Both the position numbers and the translations under genes were made by a program. DNA of 64,000 bases, taken from the NCBI GenBank assembly GCA_020137815.1, contig CM035360.1, positions 248,001-312,000 on the forward strand, read 5' to 3'. The notes below the pieces were generated by a model. That model saw nothing but the letters and a program-made list of their open reading frames with translations. It had not been told where the DNA came from and ran no database searches. This DNA is from Hormiphora californensis. Taxonomy: Eukaryota; Animalia; Ctenophora. Below, one piece after another: positions 13,615-25,161 of this stretch; the stretch's first letter is position 1; every line of letters begins with the position of its first letter.

Positions 13615-14064
13615 ATCAGCACCAAAAATTGCTCACGGGTCACCTCTTCTTGGGACTTGGACTAGCGTTAGGGAATAGGGGTACGGGTTAAGTATGGCAT
13701 GGCCTTGTATTCGTGTAACTTTGTAATCAAATTCATATATCAACATAAAATGGTGTCAGAGATCGAACATCCCCCACAGAAGTAGTCCCACGGGACCACT
13801 CCAGAATTGAATTATTGTTTTGGCGGCTGTATGTAAGTGGGTATCATAGGACATGGGTTTAGTTTGTAATATAATCATTTATAATACCACTTTATAGTGT
13901 AAATTAATGGAGCACGCACCAACAACCTACGCTTGACATACTCGCTCACATTCAAAAGTGGTACGGATACAAAACACGAGCATAACAAAACACGTTAACA
14001 CGAACATACAAACACGGACATTCACACGAACATACAAAACACAAACATACAAAACACGAACATA

Positions 14065-15350
14065 TAACACGAACATTCAAAACACGAGTCACGAACATAA
14101 CAGTTGCTAGAACATCAGTTTGGACCTTGGAGGTTTTCCGGGTTCCTTATCAACCCCTTAACAGTTTGAAACACATCACAGGGACGGCGCTCGTGTTGAC
14201 ATGTTCCTGGTCTGTCAGCTCTCACACCGGGCCGAAGGCCCGGTGTGAGCTTACGCGAGCGTAAGTGCCGATAGACAGACTGCGTAGCATGGCAACGCTC
14301 GTGGGTTTCTGGGTGTCCACGGACACCCAGGCCAAAAGGATGATGAAAAAAAACGAGAAATGGGGGAAATATCGCCAAAACCGAGCAAAACTGCGAAATT
14401 TCGGATTTCCGTTGGCATACGTTGCAGGGTGCGCGCATGAGGGGGCTGCAGCGCATTCCAAGGATTTCCGCGTTGGTTTTCCGGCGCGGAACTCTGCCGG
14501 AAACATGACCAGGTTCACTGCGCGCATCTGTAACGCGCGGCAGAGCATAAATAGAGTTTTTTCGCGCGTCACAGTACAGTTCGACATGACCAAGGCGCGG
14601 CGCGGATGATTTTTTCTGGTGAAAAATTTCTCGTGATCAAGTTGAAAAGCGCGGCCAGCGTGAAAATCGGAAAACGTTAAAATCTGGGTGCCTTTCATTG
14701 CTAACAATTCGTAGTTTTAGTGCGCGCGACGGGTTAGGGCTATCCGTTAGGGTCTGGTTAGGGTTCGGTTTAGGGTTATCGGTTAGGGCTATCGATTCTC
14801 TAACAGATACCGTTTAGTTTTCTCAAATTTGGACACTGTGTTTGGACCAAGGGTGTAGTACGGGCCAGATTTTTGAATACGTTTAAACGTCCGGTTAGTG
14901 ACTTTGTTTGTTACCGCTGCCACTGTAAACTAGTTCTGTGTCCAGGCACCAGCACATATAAATAATCCGGCCCTGAAAATCATTGTGTGTTCTAGTGCGA
15001 ACAAATCAACTCAAAAGGTTGTATTAGTGGTTAGGCTAAAGTAAGGGTTAGGGACTCTAGGATGTTTGGGTTGGGTATGAGGTTAGACATAACATTTCCT
15101 ACCAGTAACACTTTGAATTAGCACAACACGGTTTAGTCGGTTGGCGTATAGAGTGGATATTTAGTGACATCAACTTCTTGCGCCAGTCAACACACTGTTA
15201 AGCCACGAAACCACCACAATGTTAACGGCGACCCGAGATAAGCCGTGACCTACCACTTGAAAACTCTGCACATATCACGCCGTTGCCAACCTTATCCAGC
15301 AACATTTCAATGCATCAAAACTCTGCCACGTTAATAAAAAACGCCTATCC
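14065..15350 (+). repeat. Copy A of a dispersed repeat with degenerate TTAGGG tracts (copy B at 20844-22330); noisy after ~14830
   Basis: 14065-14680 is near-identical to 20844-21468 with indels; 14680-14830 matches 21690-21792; the remainder matches 21800-22330 only loosely. Confidence 0.85.
14412..14461. mobile_element. 50-bp mini-element with imperfect 16-bp TIRs and 9-bp TSD
   Basis: ggatttccg duplicated at 14403-14411 and 14462-14470; the insert is absent from the paralogous site at 21182-21190; TIR ttggcatacgttgcag / ctgcagcgcattccaa. Confidence 0.75.
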
Positions 15351-18300
15351 ACCGCAGCAACTAAAGTCGTGTCACACATCACTTTACATGCAATCAACAT
15401 GACACACTAGGACATACTCAGGTCCTACACCCGCCCCTTCCTCAGAGGAAAGCGGTGCTATCACATACTCACACTCACATACTCACACTCACTGTGCATC
15501 ACACTGAAGATCACATCACACCCAAGCTCACATCACTATCGCACTGCAACACACACTATACTGCATCACTATATCACACTGCAACACACTCACACTGCAC
15601 CACACCGTTCCTTCAAGAATAAAAATCAAATGTCTGTTTCTCTTGCTATCATCATAGTGTCTCTGACAGTCCGGGATAACACATGTACAGGATCACTCCA
15701 GGTCACGCCAGAAAACTCCAGGTCACACCAGAACAGTCCAGGTTACACCAGAACCAGCCAGGTCACGCCAGAAAACTCCAGGTCACACCAGAACAGTCCA
15801 GGTTACACCAGAACCAGCCGGGTCACGCCAGAAAACTCCAGGTTACACCAGAACAGTCCAGGTTACACCAGAACCAGCCAGGTCACGCCAGAATACTCCA
15901 GATCACACCAGAACAGTCCAGGTTACACCAAAACCAGCCGGGTCACAACAGAATACTCCAAAGCACACCAGAATAGTCACTGGTACTCAGAAAACAGAAA
16001 CACCTAAAACAGACTTAAACCTCTCTCTTGATGTTGAGAGAAACATTAAAAAGCTTAAAATAAATCAAAATAAACGTGCTGCTAAAATCAGTTGCTCATA
16101 TCACACAATCACATATGAGAATCAAATGACAATCAGAATAAATCAGAATAACTGGAACTAAACTAGAAACAGAGAAACTAAGGACAAGTCAGGAATCAAA
16201 CAGACTATGACTTCACACTAAAATGCTTTCAAAATTACTACATTGCTACAAAGATGACACGTAAATATACTTTGCTTTTCAACAAGCTAATAAGATAACA
16301 GGTATTTAATCTACAGAAAAGTCGTCAATAACACTTACTGGGGAACTGAGAGAACTAACCTTGTAAAATCAAAATCTTAATCATGATAAAATCAACATAC
16401 ACGTGCTCATGATGCACTTGCTAAAATCAAAATTCAGCTTCTTCATAATCAATAGCAAAGATAAACAAGCGTACAAAATAAGAATCAAATCAAGCTAACA
16501 GTAAGACTAAAGCCAAGAATACTTTAAAATACGACGAATAGAAAGAATCTAAACAAAGACATCAAAACTAAATCTAAATGCAAAACTAGAACTAAAGCTT
16601 TTCTAATTCTAACCAAAACTAAAATAAAAGTCAAACGTGTGCATCAAGCACATCCCGCCCCTCAGACAGCAATTATAGGGGGTTTGCCTGTATCAGCATG
16701 CTGCTAAAACGACTCTGTCGTGTCCAATTTCGCATATTACAGGTCTTCTGTTTGTGCGATTCGCAGTCCAATTCTAACTTCCTCTTCTTTCTTCATCACA
16801 ATCATAGCTCTTCTGTGCCGTACCGTCGCCAAGTGCCTCCTGTGCCATTACACATTGTTCAAATTATCCATTCTCTTTCCAAGGGGAGCCATTTTATTTC
16901 GATTTAAATAAATGGTTGGGCGGTTAAATTGCCACAAAACTCCAGAAAAGCCAGCTTTTAGGTTTCTTTGGGAAAACCGCTTTGATAAGCTGGTCTCAGC
17001 GATCTAGCCCATTGAGTGACCTTCATTCCAAGAGTTCCGCGTCACTCCCAACCAAACCGGTACTTGTAACTGGGACAGTGGGACCATTAATATAATTCTC
17101 AGAATTCAGACAATCTTCATCACAGCCGTGGTATAACCACTCATTAATGAGGCCTACATTTGAAAGTGGTCACAACTGGAATCTAATCCTGATTCTCTCA
17201 GTCTGAGGCAATCGCTCTTCTCAGGGGCGTCTTACTACCGCACCCTACAAGCATCAACCAGTACTTGCAACTGACTTTCAAACTCACGTTATTTTTATTA
17301 AGAAAACATATCCGTCTAGCATCCATAGCTTTATCCATTATCATTTCAATATCTGTCCCAGTCTGAGGCATTCGCTCCTCTCAGGAGCGTCTTACACTGC
17401 ACTCTACAAGCACGGCCCGTGCGCACGGCTTATTCAATATTCCACTGTCATAACATTCTCATTTCTTGATCCGCATCCCCATCAATAATCCCGTTTTCTC
17501 AAACACACCGTAAACAACGTCAGTAGGGCTGTGTATTCTCATCGCCTGGCACTTTTTCTTCTTCTTCTTCTGGAACTGCTTCTGTTGGCAAATCAATCGT
17601 CTGTAGGCATATTCTCACTGTAGGCAAGCACTCACTACAGGTGTCTTCTCACTGCAGGCATCTTCTACTGCAGGCACGGCGTTTCATCGCTTGGAAATTC
17701 TCACTGCAGGCATCTTCCACTGCTTCTCCTCACTGTAGGCAAACACTCACTACAGGTATTTTCTCACTGCAGGCATGTCCCACTGCAGGCTTCTCCGTAT
17801 ATCGGAGGGTTAGATATTGGACTGCTGTGTCCATGGGAACCATCGTCTCCTTGACATACCCCAGAACCAAGGTCAAAACTAAATGCAAATCAAAAACTAA
17901 ACTAAACCTAATCTAAGAAAATCAATTACGCAGAGAAAAATCTAAATCTCCATTAGGGAAAGAAGCAAGTAACATACTAAATCAAAAGCACGTTACTGAG
18001 TAGTACTCCTACTATCAAAGAGGGTACACATAACCATGATCTGATAGCATGTTATGTACATGTCACGGTTTTACTGCTTCCTCAGGCCCATATCATCCAA
18101 CGTTTGCATATCCAACGTGGGCATGTAAAAATAATATCCTCTTCTCGGCTTTCTGCAAACAAACCTCGGTTTGTGGCTCAAGCATCAAAATCCTACCAGA
18201 ACTCCTGTCTGAGTCTCCTTCTGCATACAAGTATTAACTTGTGGCTCAGGTATTGACATCCTGTCAAGACTCCCAGTGGGGATATCCGAGTCTTCCCAGC

Positions 18301-19547
18301 AGTGTCAAAACATTTTCCCATTCTGCTTACAAACAACTGTTTGTGGCTCAGGTTGTGACGTACTGCTTTAGTAAAATCTTTCCCATTCTGCATACAAACA
18401 TAGGTTTGTGGCTCAGGCAGAAGATTCTTCACCAGACTGCAGTTGTTCCCCTTATAAACATCAATTCCTCAGTGACCTCCAACGTTTTCCATATTCAACG
18501 TGGGCAAGAATAACTGTCACTATTGCTATCCAATATTCCAATATCCAACTTCTCAACACCCTAACCGCGGTGGAGTATTTAAACCATTTAATTTTCAACG
18601 CTTAGGCAACGCCTAGCAAAATATTCCAACATCCCATTCCAGTTCGACAAGGTACGATCAGCAGCTCGGGGCGATCTTATTCTGCCCTGCAAGTGTTCCT
18701 CCAATACACTGCAACAATCCATTGCCCAGCTCTCGGGTGCTTCTTGATGTTGTACTCCGTGACAGTACAAGATGGGTTAATGGCCCAGGTCCTCCTATCC
18801 TGGTTACAGCACCATTTGTGCGTGACATCCTGGTCACAGCACCATTTGTGAGTGGATCCTGGTCACAGCACCATTTGTGGGTGTCTCTCTGTGTCTTCGA
18901 GCCTATCTGTAACCTTGACCTTCTCCCGTGGTCCCAGGCTCACACAGCACACTACACAATATATCCCGTGTCACTGCACCTCATGTGTGTTACACCCAAC
19001 ACCACATGTCAACTCAAGTCAAGGCTGTATTGGCTGTATCGTATAGTCATATCCTCCAAGTCCTAACCGGTATTCCCATAGTGGCAGAACAAAGTTCTAA
19101 ACAAGTTGACTGTTTTGTGGGTAAAGATAAAAGAAGGTAATAGAACAGATCAACTTCCTCACGTCACACTATCACTTGCACAACCAGATATTCAGTACAA
19201 GGGGGAAGATACCGGGAGAGCCAGCTCTGACCATGAACTCCATATGGCGCTCCAGAGTGCTCTAACAATCACAGTTAACTCACAGCTTAAATACTCAACC
19301 ACAATGGCTTTCGCATTCAGACTCCGAGGTACTGCAAGCCCGATAACCACCAACTTGCACCAAACATGCTGACATCTCACACCTCGCTATCACTATCACA
19401 ATCATACAAATGCAACTCACAATCTCATGCACTGAATAATAAACAAACGGACAAACATACTCGTACCGCAACAATCACACAGTTCACACATTCACTCACA
19501 ATGCAATCACACATGACACACTAGGACTGACATACTCAGGTCCTACA
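15350..19547 (-). mobile_element. Decayed non-autonomous LTR retrotransposon (5' LTR ~19547-19007; 3' LTR begins 15429, distal part unresolved); no pol detected
   Basis: Minus-strand TGTAGGACCTGAGTATGTC...CTAGTGTGTCATG at both 19547 and 15429; polypurine tract GAGGAAGGGGCGGG (15443-15430) abuts the second copy; candidate LTR end ...TTGACA then TG-TGGTGTTGGG (PBS-like) at ~19004; broken, repetitive coding-like sequence at 18800-17200. Confidence 0.7.
15696..15975. repeat. 60-bp higher-order repeat of three 20-bp variants, inside the LTR element
   Basis: ccaggtcacgccagaaaact / ccaggtcacaccagaacagt / ccaggttacaccagaaccag recur in register every 60 bp. Confidence 0.93.
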
Positions 19548-19581
19548 ACGTCACGGGGTGACGTCATTGCGACAAAAAGAC

Positions 19582-20722
19582 TTACATTTTTCAAACGCTT
19601 CTAAGACCCTGAAAACGGCTCTAAATCAAAAAACTAACGCAATAGTGCGGAAAGAGAATCGTTTGAACTTCATTTTACATGATAGCGATTTCCCGTAACT
19701 CAATGTTTAAGGGTCGTAAATCGCGTCGGGAAAGTTAAAAATGCCAAAAATACGATATTTTTCACCGTAGCCACCCAAAATCTTATCCAATCGATATGAA
19801 ACTTGGTCGTTATGTGAATTTTAATGTCCTTTGGCCAGGGGTTCCCGGAAGACGGATTGGCAAGATGAGAACTGGCCGGAGTTCTTATAATTCACGAATT
19901 TGGAATTTTTCGTAGACTTTTTTTGGCGACATAAAACGCGAGGAAATTTTCAATGAATTTTAAAATTTTACACTGCGCGCGTAGTTTTAGGTTCAGCGCG
20001 CGGCGTAAAAAAGCAGCGCTTTTTTTGGGACAATTCGCGCGTTACAGTAAATGATCATTTTCCAGGTCACGGGTTCCCAGCAAACGGGTACTCTAGTCCA
20101 TATAATAATTTCCAAAATGTTAGTCCGATAATTGTTTTCTCCCTACTCCTCCTACAGTTTTTGAGCTAGACCCCTGAAAATTTGTACACTGGTACTTTGG
20201 ACCAAGGCGGGTGTAAGTACGGGCTCAGATTTTTGATCCGATCTTTACATTTTTCAAACGCTTCTAAGACCCTGAAAACGGCTCTAAATCAAAAAACTAA
20301 CGCAATAGTGGGGAAAGAGAATCGTTTGAACTTCATTTTACCTGATAGCGATTTCCCGTAACTCAATGTTTAAGGGTCGTAAATCGCGTCGGGAAAGTTA
20401 AAAATGCCAAAAATGCGATATTTTTCACCGTAGCCACCCAAAATCTTATCCAATCGATATGAAACTTGGTCGGTATGTGAATTTTAATGTCCTTTGGCCA
20501 GGGGTTCCCGGAAAACGGATTGGCAAGATGAGAACTGACCGGAGTCGGGAGTTCTTATAATTCACGAATTTGGAATTTTTCGTCGACTTTTTTTTGCGAC
20601 ATAAAACGCGAGGAAATTTTCAATGAATTTTAAAATTTTACACTGCGCGCGTAATTTTAGGTTCTGCGCGGCGTAAAAAAGCAGCGCTTTTTTGGGAAAA
20701 TTCGCGCGTTACAGTAAATGAT
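19582..20722 (+). repeat. Direct duplication of ~475 bp (19582-20055 and 20246-20722)
   Basis: Both begin ttacatttttcaaacgcttctaagaccctg and end gttacagtaaatgat. Confidence 0.9.
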
Positions 20723-20843
20723 TTACCCGCCTCGCTGTTTTTCAAAAACCCAATGTGTATGATAGTAGGAGCGGTTAGATCACCACGTGGTTAAAGTCGC
20801 GTGCCACCCCTTTTTGCGCATTGTCATAGCTCGGGTACTCTAG

Positions 20844-22580
20844 TAACACGAACATTCAAAACACGAGTCACGAACATAACAGTTGCTAGAACATCAGTTT
20901 GGACCTTGGAGGTTTTCCGGGTTCCTTATCAACCCCTTAACAGTTTGAAACACATCACAGGGACGGCGCTCGTGTTGACATGTTCCTGGTCTGTCAGCTC
21001 TCACACCGGGCCTTCGGCCCGGTGTGAGCTTACGCGAGCGCAAGTGCCGATAGACAGACTGCGTAGCATGGCAACGCTCGTGGGTTTCTGGGTGTCCACG
21101 GACACCCAGGCCAAAAGGATGATGAAAAAAAACGAGAAATGGGGGAAAGATCGCCAAAACCGAGCAAAACTGCGAAATTTCGGATTTCCGCGTTGGTTTT
21201 CCGGCGCGGAACTCTGCCGGAAACATGGCCAGGTTCACTGCGCGCATCTGTAACGCGCGGCAGAGCATAAATAGAGTTTTTTTTTCGCGCGTCACAGTAC
21301 AGTTCGACATGACCAAGGCACGGCGCGGATTGAAAAGCGCTGCCTTATCCCGCGCTGCGCGTGGCACAGCAACGTTTGCCAACGGCGCGGATGATTTTTT
21401 TTCTGGTGAAAAATTTCTCGTGATCAAGTTGAAAAGCGCGGCCAGCGTGAAAATCGGAAAACGTTAAAGTCGGATTTTTTGAAACTGTCACCCCCCTGAA
21501 ATAACAAAATTTGTCATATCTCCGGTTCCTGATAAGATAGAGACTTGAAATTTGGAGGTTCGGAAGAACTTAGCAAGATCTTCGTAACCTCCAAATTTCA
21601 AGTCTCTATCTCATCAGGAACCAGACTTATGGTCATTTAAAGAAATTTGAAAACTCTAAAAAACGACAGTTATTTAAAATCAGACTATAAAATCTGGGTG
21701 CCTTTCATTGCTAACAATTCGTAGTTTTAGCGTGCGCGACGGGTTAGGGCTATCGATTCTCTAACAGATACCGTTTAGTTTTCTCAAATTGGCCATGTGG
21801 TTGCGTGGCTATAGCCGTTTGAAAAAAGTCGGTCTAAGTGTACTCTTTTGGTAGCGCGCATCTGTAAACAGGCTGCAAGGCACCCAGATTATAATCGCGC
21901 CCGTGAAAATCTTGGTGTTTCGTGAGTGCTGACAAAACTCAAAAGTTTTATTAGGGTTAGGGCTAAAGTAGGGTTAGGGACTAGGGTTAGGGTTGGGTTG
22001 GGGTTAGGCCTTGACATTTCCTACCAGATAAACTTTGAATTAGCCAAAACGGTTGAGTGGTTTGGCGGTTAGAGTCATTTTAGTGAATCAACTTTTTTGG
22101 CAGCACGCGCCTGTAAATAGGCCACGAAACACCCAGATCGTAACGGCGCCCGAAAAGCGCTGCCTTATCCCTTGAAAATCTCTGCCATATCCCGCGTTTG
22201 CCAACCTTATCCCGGGCAGCATTTGCCAAGTGATCAAGAAACTTTCGGCCAACGTTCAAATAAAAAGCGCTGCTTTATCCCCAGCAGCGTTTGCCAACGT
22301 TAAAGTCTGGGTGTTTGGGGTGTCAGCACTCACGGTTTTTTAGGGCTAGGGCTAAAGTAGGGTTAGGGCTTGGGTTTTGGTTGGAATTAGGGCTTGACAT
22401 TTCCAATTGAATAAACTTTAAAATAGCCAAAACGGTTGGGTGGTTTGCAAAAAAATTAGAGCCGTTTTGTTTTAGTGCAGGGTACTATTTTGGCAGCACG
22501 CACCTGTAAACAGGCCACCAAACACCCAGATCGTAACGGCGCCCGAAAAGCGCGGCCAGCGTGAAAATCTGGCCAGCGTT
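20844..22580 (+). repeat. Copy B of the dispersed repeat with degenerate (GGTTAG)n tracts and internal sub-repeats
   Basis: Matches 14065-15350; internal duplication of ggcagcacgc...ggcgcccgaaaagcgc at ~22099 and ~22492. Confidence 0.8.
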
Positions 22581-22702
22581 AAACCCAGTTTTAGTCTCTA
22601 ATCTTTCTAATGTTTTAGTCTCTCTAACTTATCGTTTCCAGCAGCCGATGATAATATGGTCTGAAGAATAAACAAGGACACGGAACACGGGAAGTAGGGA
22701 CA

Positions 22703-23758
22703 ATGGAAGATAGTATGTTTAGTATTCTCGGGGAGTCGCTGATTGCCGAGAGCTCCGAGGCAGTCTCGCATTGCTCCAACTCCTCGCAACCCTTTACCCC
22801 GAATATTGATGATAACGATCATTGGATGAGGTCGGTGTCACAACAAACTGACTCCCCCGGCGGAACACCTCCCATGATGGTTGACAGGAATAACTTTGAA
22901 GATCTAAGTACATTGAATTACAATTGCCGATGTGCTTGTCATCTCTTCAGAAATGGCCAAGTTTCCGATGAAACACCCTGTTCAGGTTCGGCGGCTACTT
23001 ACAATATATACTTGTCACTCGAACTTGTTAATTAGATTCTTTTTGTAAAATATTTTAACCCATTATATATATATTCGATGCATGCCCTTAGTTAACCATA
23101 GCAACCCCCATAGCAACCCCTATTTTCAGTTTGTTGTCTGGAGAATTCTAACTTCACTAGCTCCGTCTCAGAAATGGTATCCCGTCCCTCACCCCGCAAT
23201 AGTCGACACTGCTCAAACGGTGAGTTTTAAAGCTACTCAGTGAGCAGTGCTCACTATAATTGCAGCTATCACTGAATATATTCACATACCCCTCAAACGG
23301 TGAGTCTAACTCAATATACTACTCACTATAATTGCAGCTACTATAATCACTGAATTCACATTTCATTGTCAGAACATTTCACTTTGCAGATTTTAATGTA
23401 GTGCCGCTCATTTGACATTTTATTTTGTCCATGTTGAATGAATCCAGGACCAAATCAAATCAAATTAGTCTGTATTGAGTATTGCACAGCTATATGCAGC
23501 AATTGTAATCACACACTGGGATCTGCAGAACTGTAGACCTGTGGGAGATGACACACACACACACACACTGATGACACGCACACACACATCTGCAGAACTG
23601 TAGCCTGTGTGGGATGGATGACCTAGGAAATTCTCTTGCTTTCTTCAAACAAGGCACATTATATTTTCTCACAGTATTTCCCTTTGTCAGCAGGCAGCAG
23701 TAGTCACAAAATAACGACCCCACCGAATTCAATCGTCTCGGAAAATCTGTCAGATGAG
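22703..23758 (+). CDS. Candidate 5' part of a Ser-rich spliced gene (exons 22703-22985, 23130-23219, 23691-23758; continuation not found)
   Basis: ATG-initiated ORF; donor cag|gttcgg, acceptor ttttcag|, donor acg|gtgagt, acceptor ttgtcag|, donor gag|gtgaga; phases 1/1/0 give an open frame. No recognisable domain. Confidence 0.4.
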
Positions 23759-23894
23759 GTGAGAGAGATTGTTATATTAACTAGAGAGAGATTGTTATAT
23801 TAACTAGAGAGAGATTGTTACTATAACTAGAAAGAGATTGTTATATTAACTAGTGAGAGATATTGGTACATTAACTAGGGAGAGAGAGGGAGAC

Positions 23895-24325
23895 TTTTTC
23901 TTTAACCCCATTTTATTGTCAGGTGATAGTATTGTCTCATAGTGGTACACCACCCTACCCACCACCGCACCTTCTTTAACCCCATTTTATTGTCAGGTGA
24001 TAGTATTGTCTCATAGTGGTACACCACCCTACCCACCACCACACCTTCTTTAACCCCATTTTATTGTCAGGTAATAGTATTGTCTCATAGTGGTACACCA
24101 CCCTACCCACCACCACACCTTGCCTTCTTTAACCCCATTTTATTGTCAGGTGATAGTATTGTCTCATAGTGGTACACCACCCTACCCACCACCACACCTT
24201 CTTTAACCCCATTTAATTGTCAGGTAATAGTATTGTCTCATAGTGGTACACCACCCTACCCACCACCACACCTTGCCCAATGGCACGCCCGGGGTCAGGA
24301 TTGGAGAGAGATTGTTATATTAACT

Positions 24326-24399
<74 letters not shown>

Positions 24400-24878
24400 C
24401 TTCTTTAACCCCATTTTATTGTCAGGTGATAGTATTGTCTCATAGTGGTACACCACCCTACCCACCACCACACCTTCTTTAACCCCATTTTATTGTCAGG
24501 TGATAGTATTGTCTCATAGTGGTACACCACCCTACCCACCACCACACCTTCTTTAACCCCATTTTATTGTCAGGTGATAGTATTGTCTCATAGTGGTACA
24601 CCACCCTACCCACCACCACACCTTCTTTAACCCCATTTTATTGTCAGGTGATAGTATTGTCTCATAGTGGTACACCACCCTACCCACCACCACACCTTCT
24701 TTAACCCCATTTTATTGTCAGGTGATAGTATTGTCTCATAGTGGTACACCACCCTACCCACCACCACACCTTCTTTAACCCCATTTTATTGTCAGGTGAT
24801 AGTATTGTCTCATAGTGGTACACCACCCTACCCACCACCGCACCTTGCCCAATGGCATGCCCGGGGTCAGGATTGGAT
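23895..24878. repeat. 74-bp tandem array in two blocks (5 and 6 units)
   Basis: Unit cttctttaaccccattttattgtcaggtgatagtattgtctcatagtggtacaccaccctacccaccaccacac; each block ends tgcccaatggcaYgcccggggtcaggattgga. Confidence 0.95.
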
Positions 24879-25161
24879 TTGGGATTGGAGTAGCAGACCA
24901 GAAGCCTACCCTCCTAAGGTAAGATGATGATTCCTAGGGGGTGGCAATATGGAATTGTTTGCCTAGCTCGACCCTCTTTTCGCGAGTCTAACCATGGGAA
25001 ATCAGTGTCCCTCATCTGTATAGTACAATTATAAATACAGGCTACACTGCTAGCCCTGTTGGGGGATCGAGAGTGTAGTAGCCCTGTATCATGGGGGGGG
25101 AGTGTAGCCTGTCAATAAAGTTTGTGTTGTTTTGGCTTGCACAAAATCCTGGCAGTCACCT

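Noticed and set aside
13751-13761. TGGTGTCAGAG as a tRNA-Leu primer-binding site
   Set aside because: No upstream LTR or downstream gag in that orientation.
14115-14707. Overlapping 110-180 aa ORFs here and at 20801-21467
   Set aside because: Indels between the two copies break frames freely; no domain; GC-rich repeat.
15630-16007. Repeat-protein ORF (QVTPENSRSHQNSPGYTRTS)n
   Set aside because: Open in two frames only because the 60-bp unit lacks stops; antisense within an LTR element.
21950-22010. Telomere (TTAGGG-like tracts; also 14730-14790, 22340-22395)
   Set aside because: Short, degenerate and internal to a dispersed repeat present twice.
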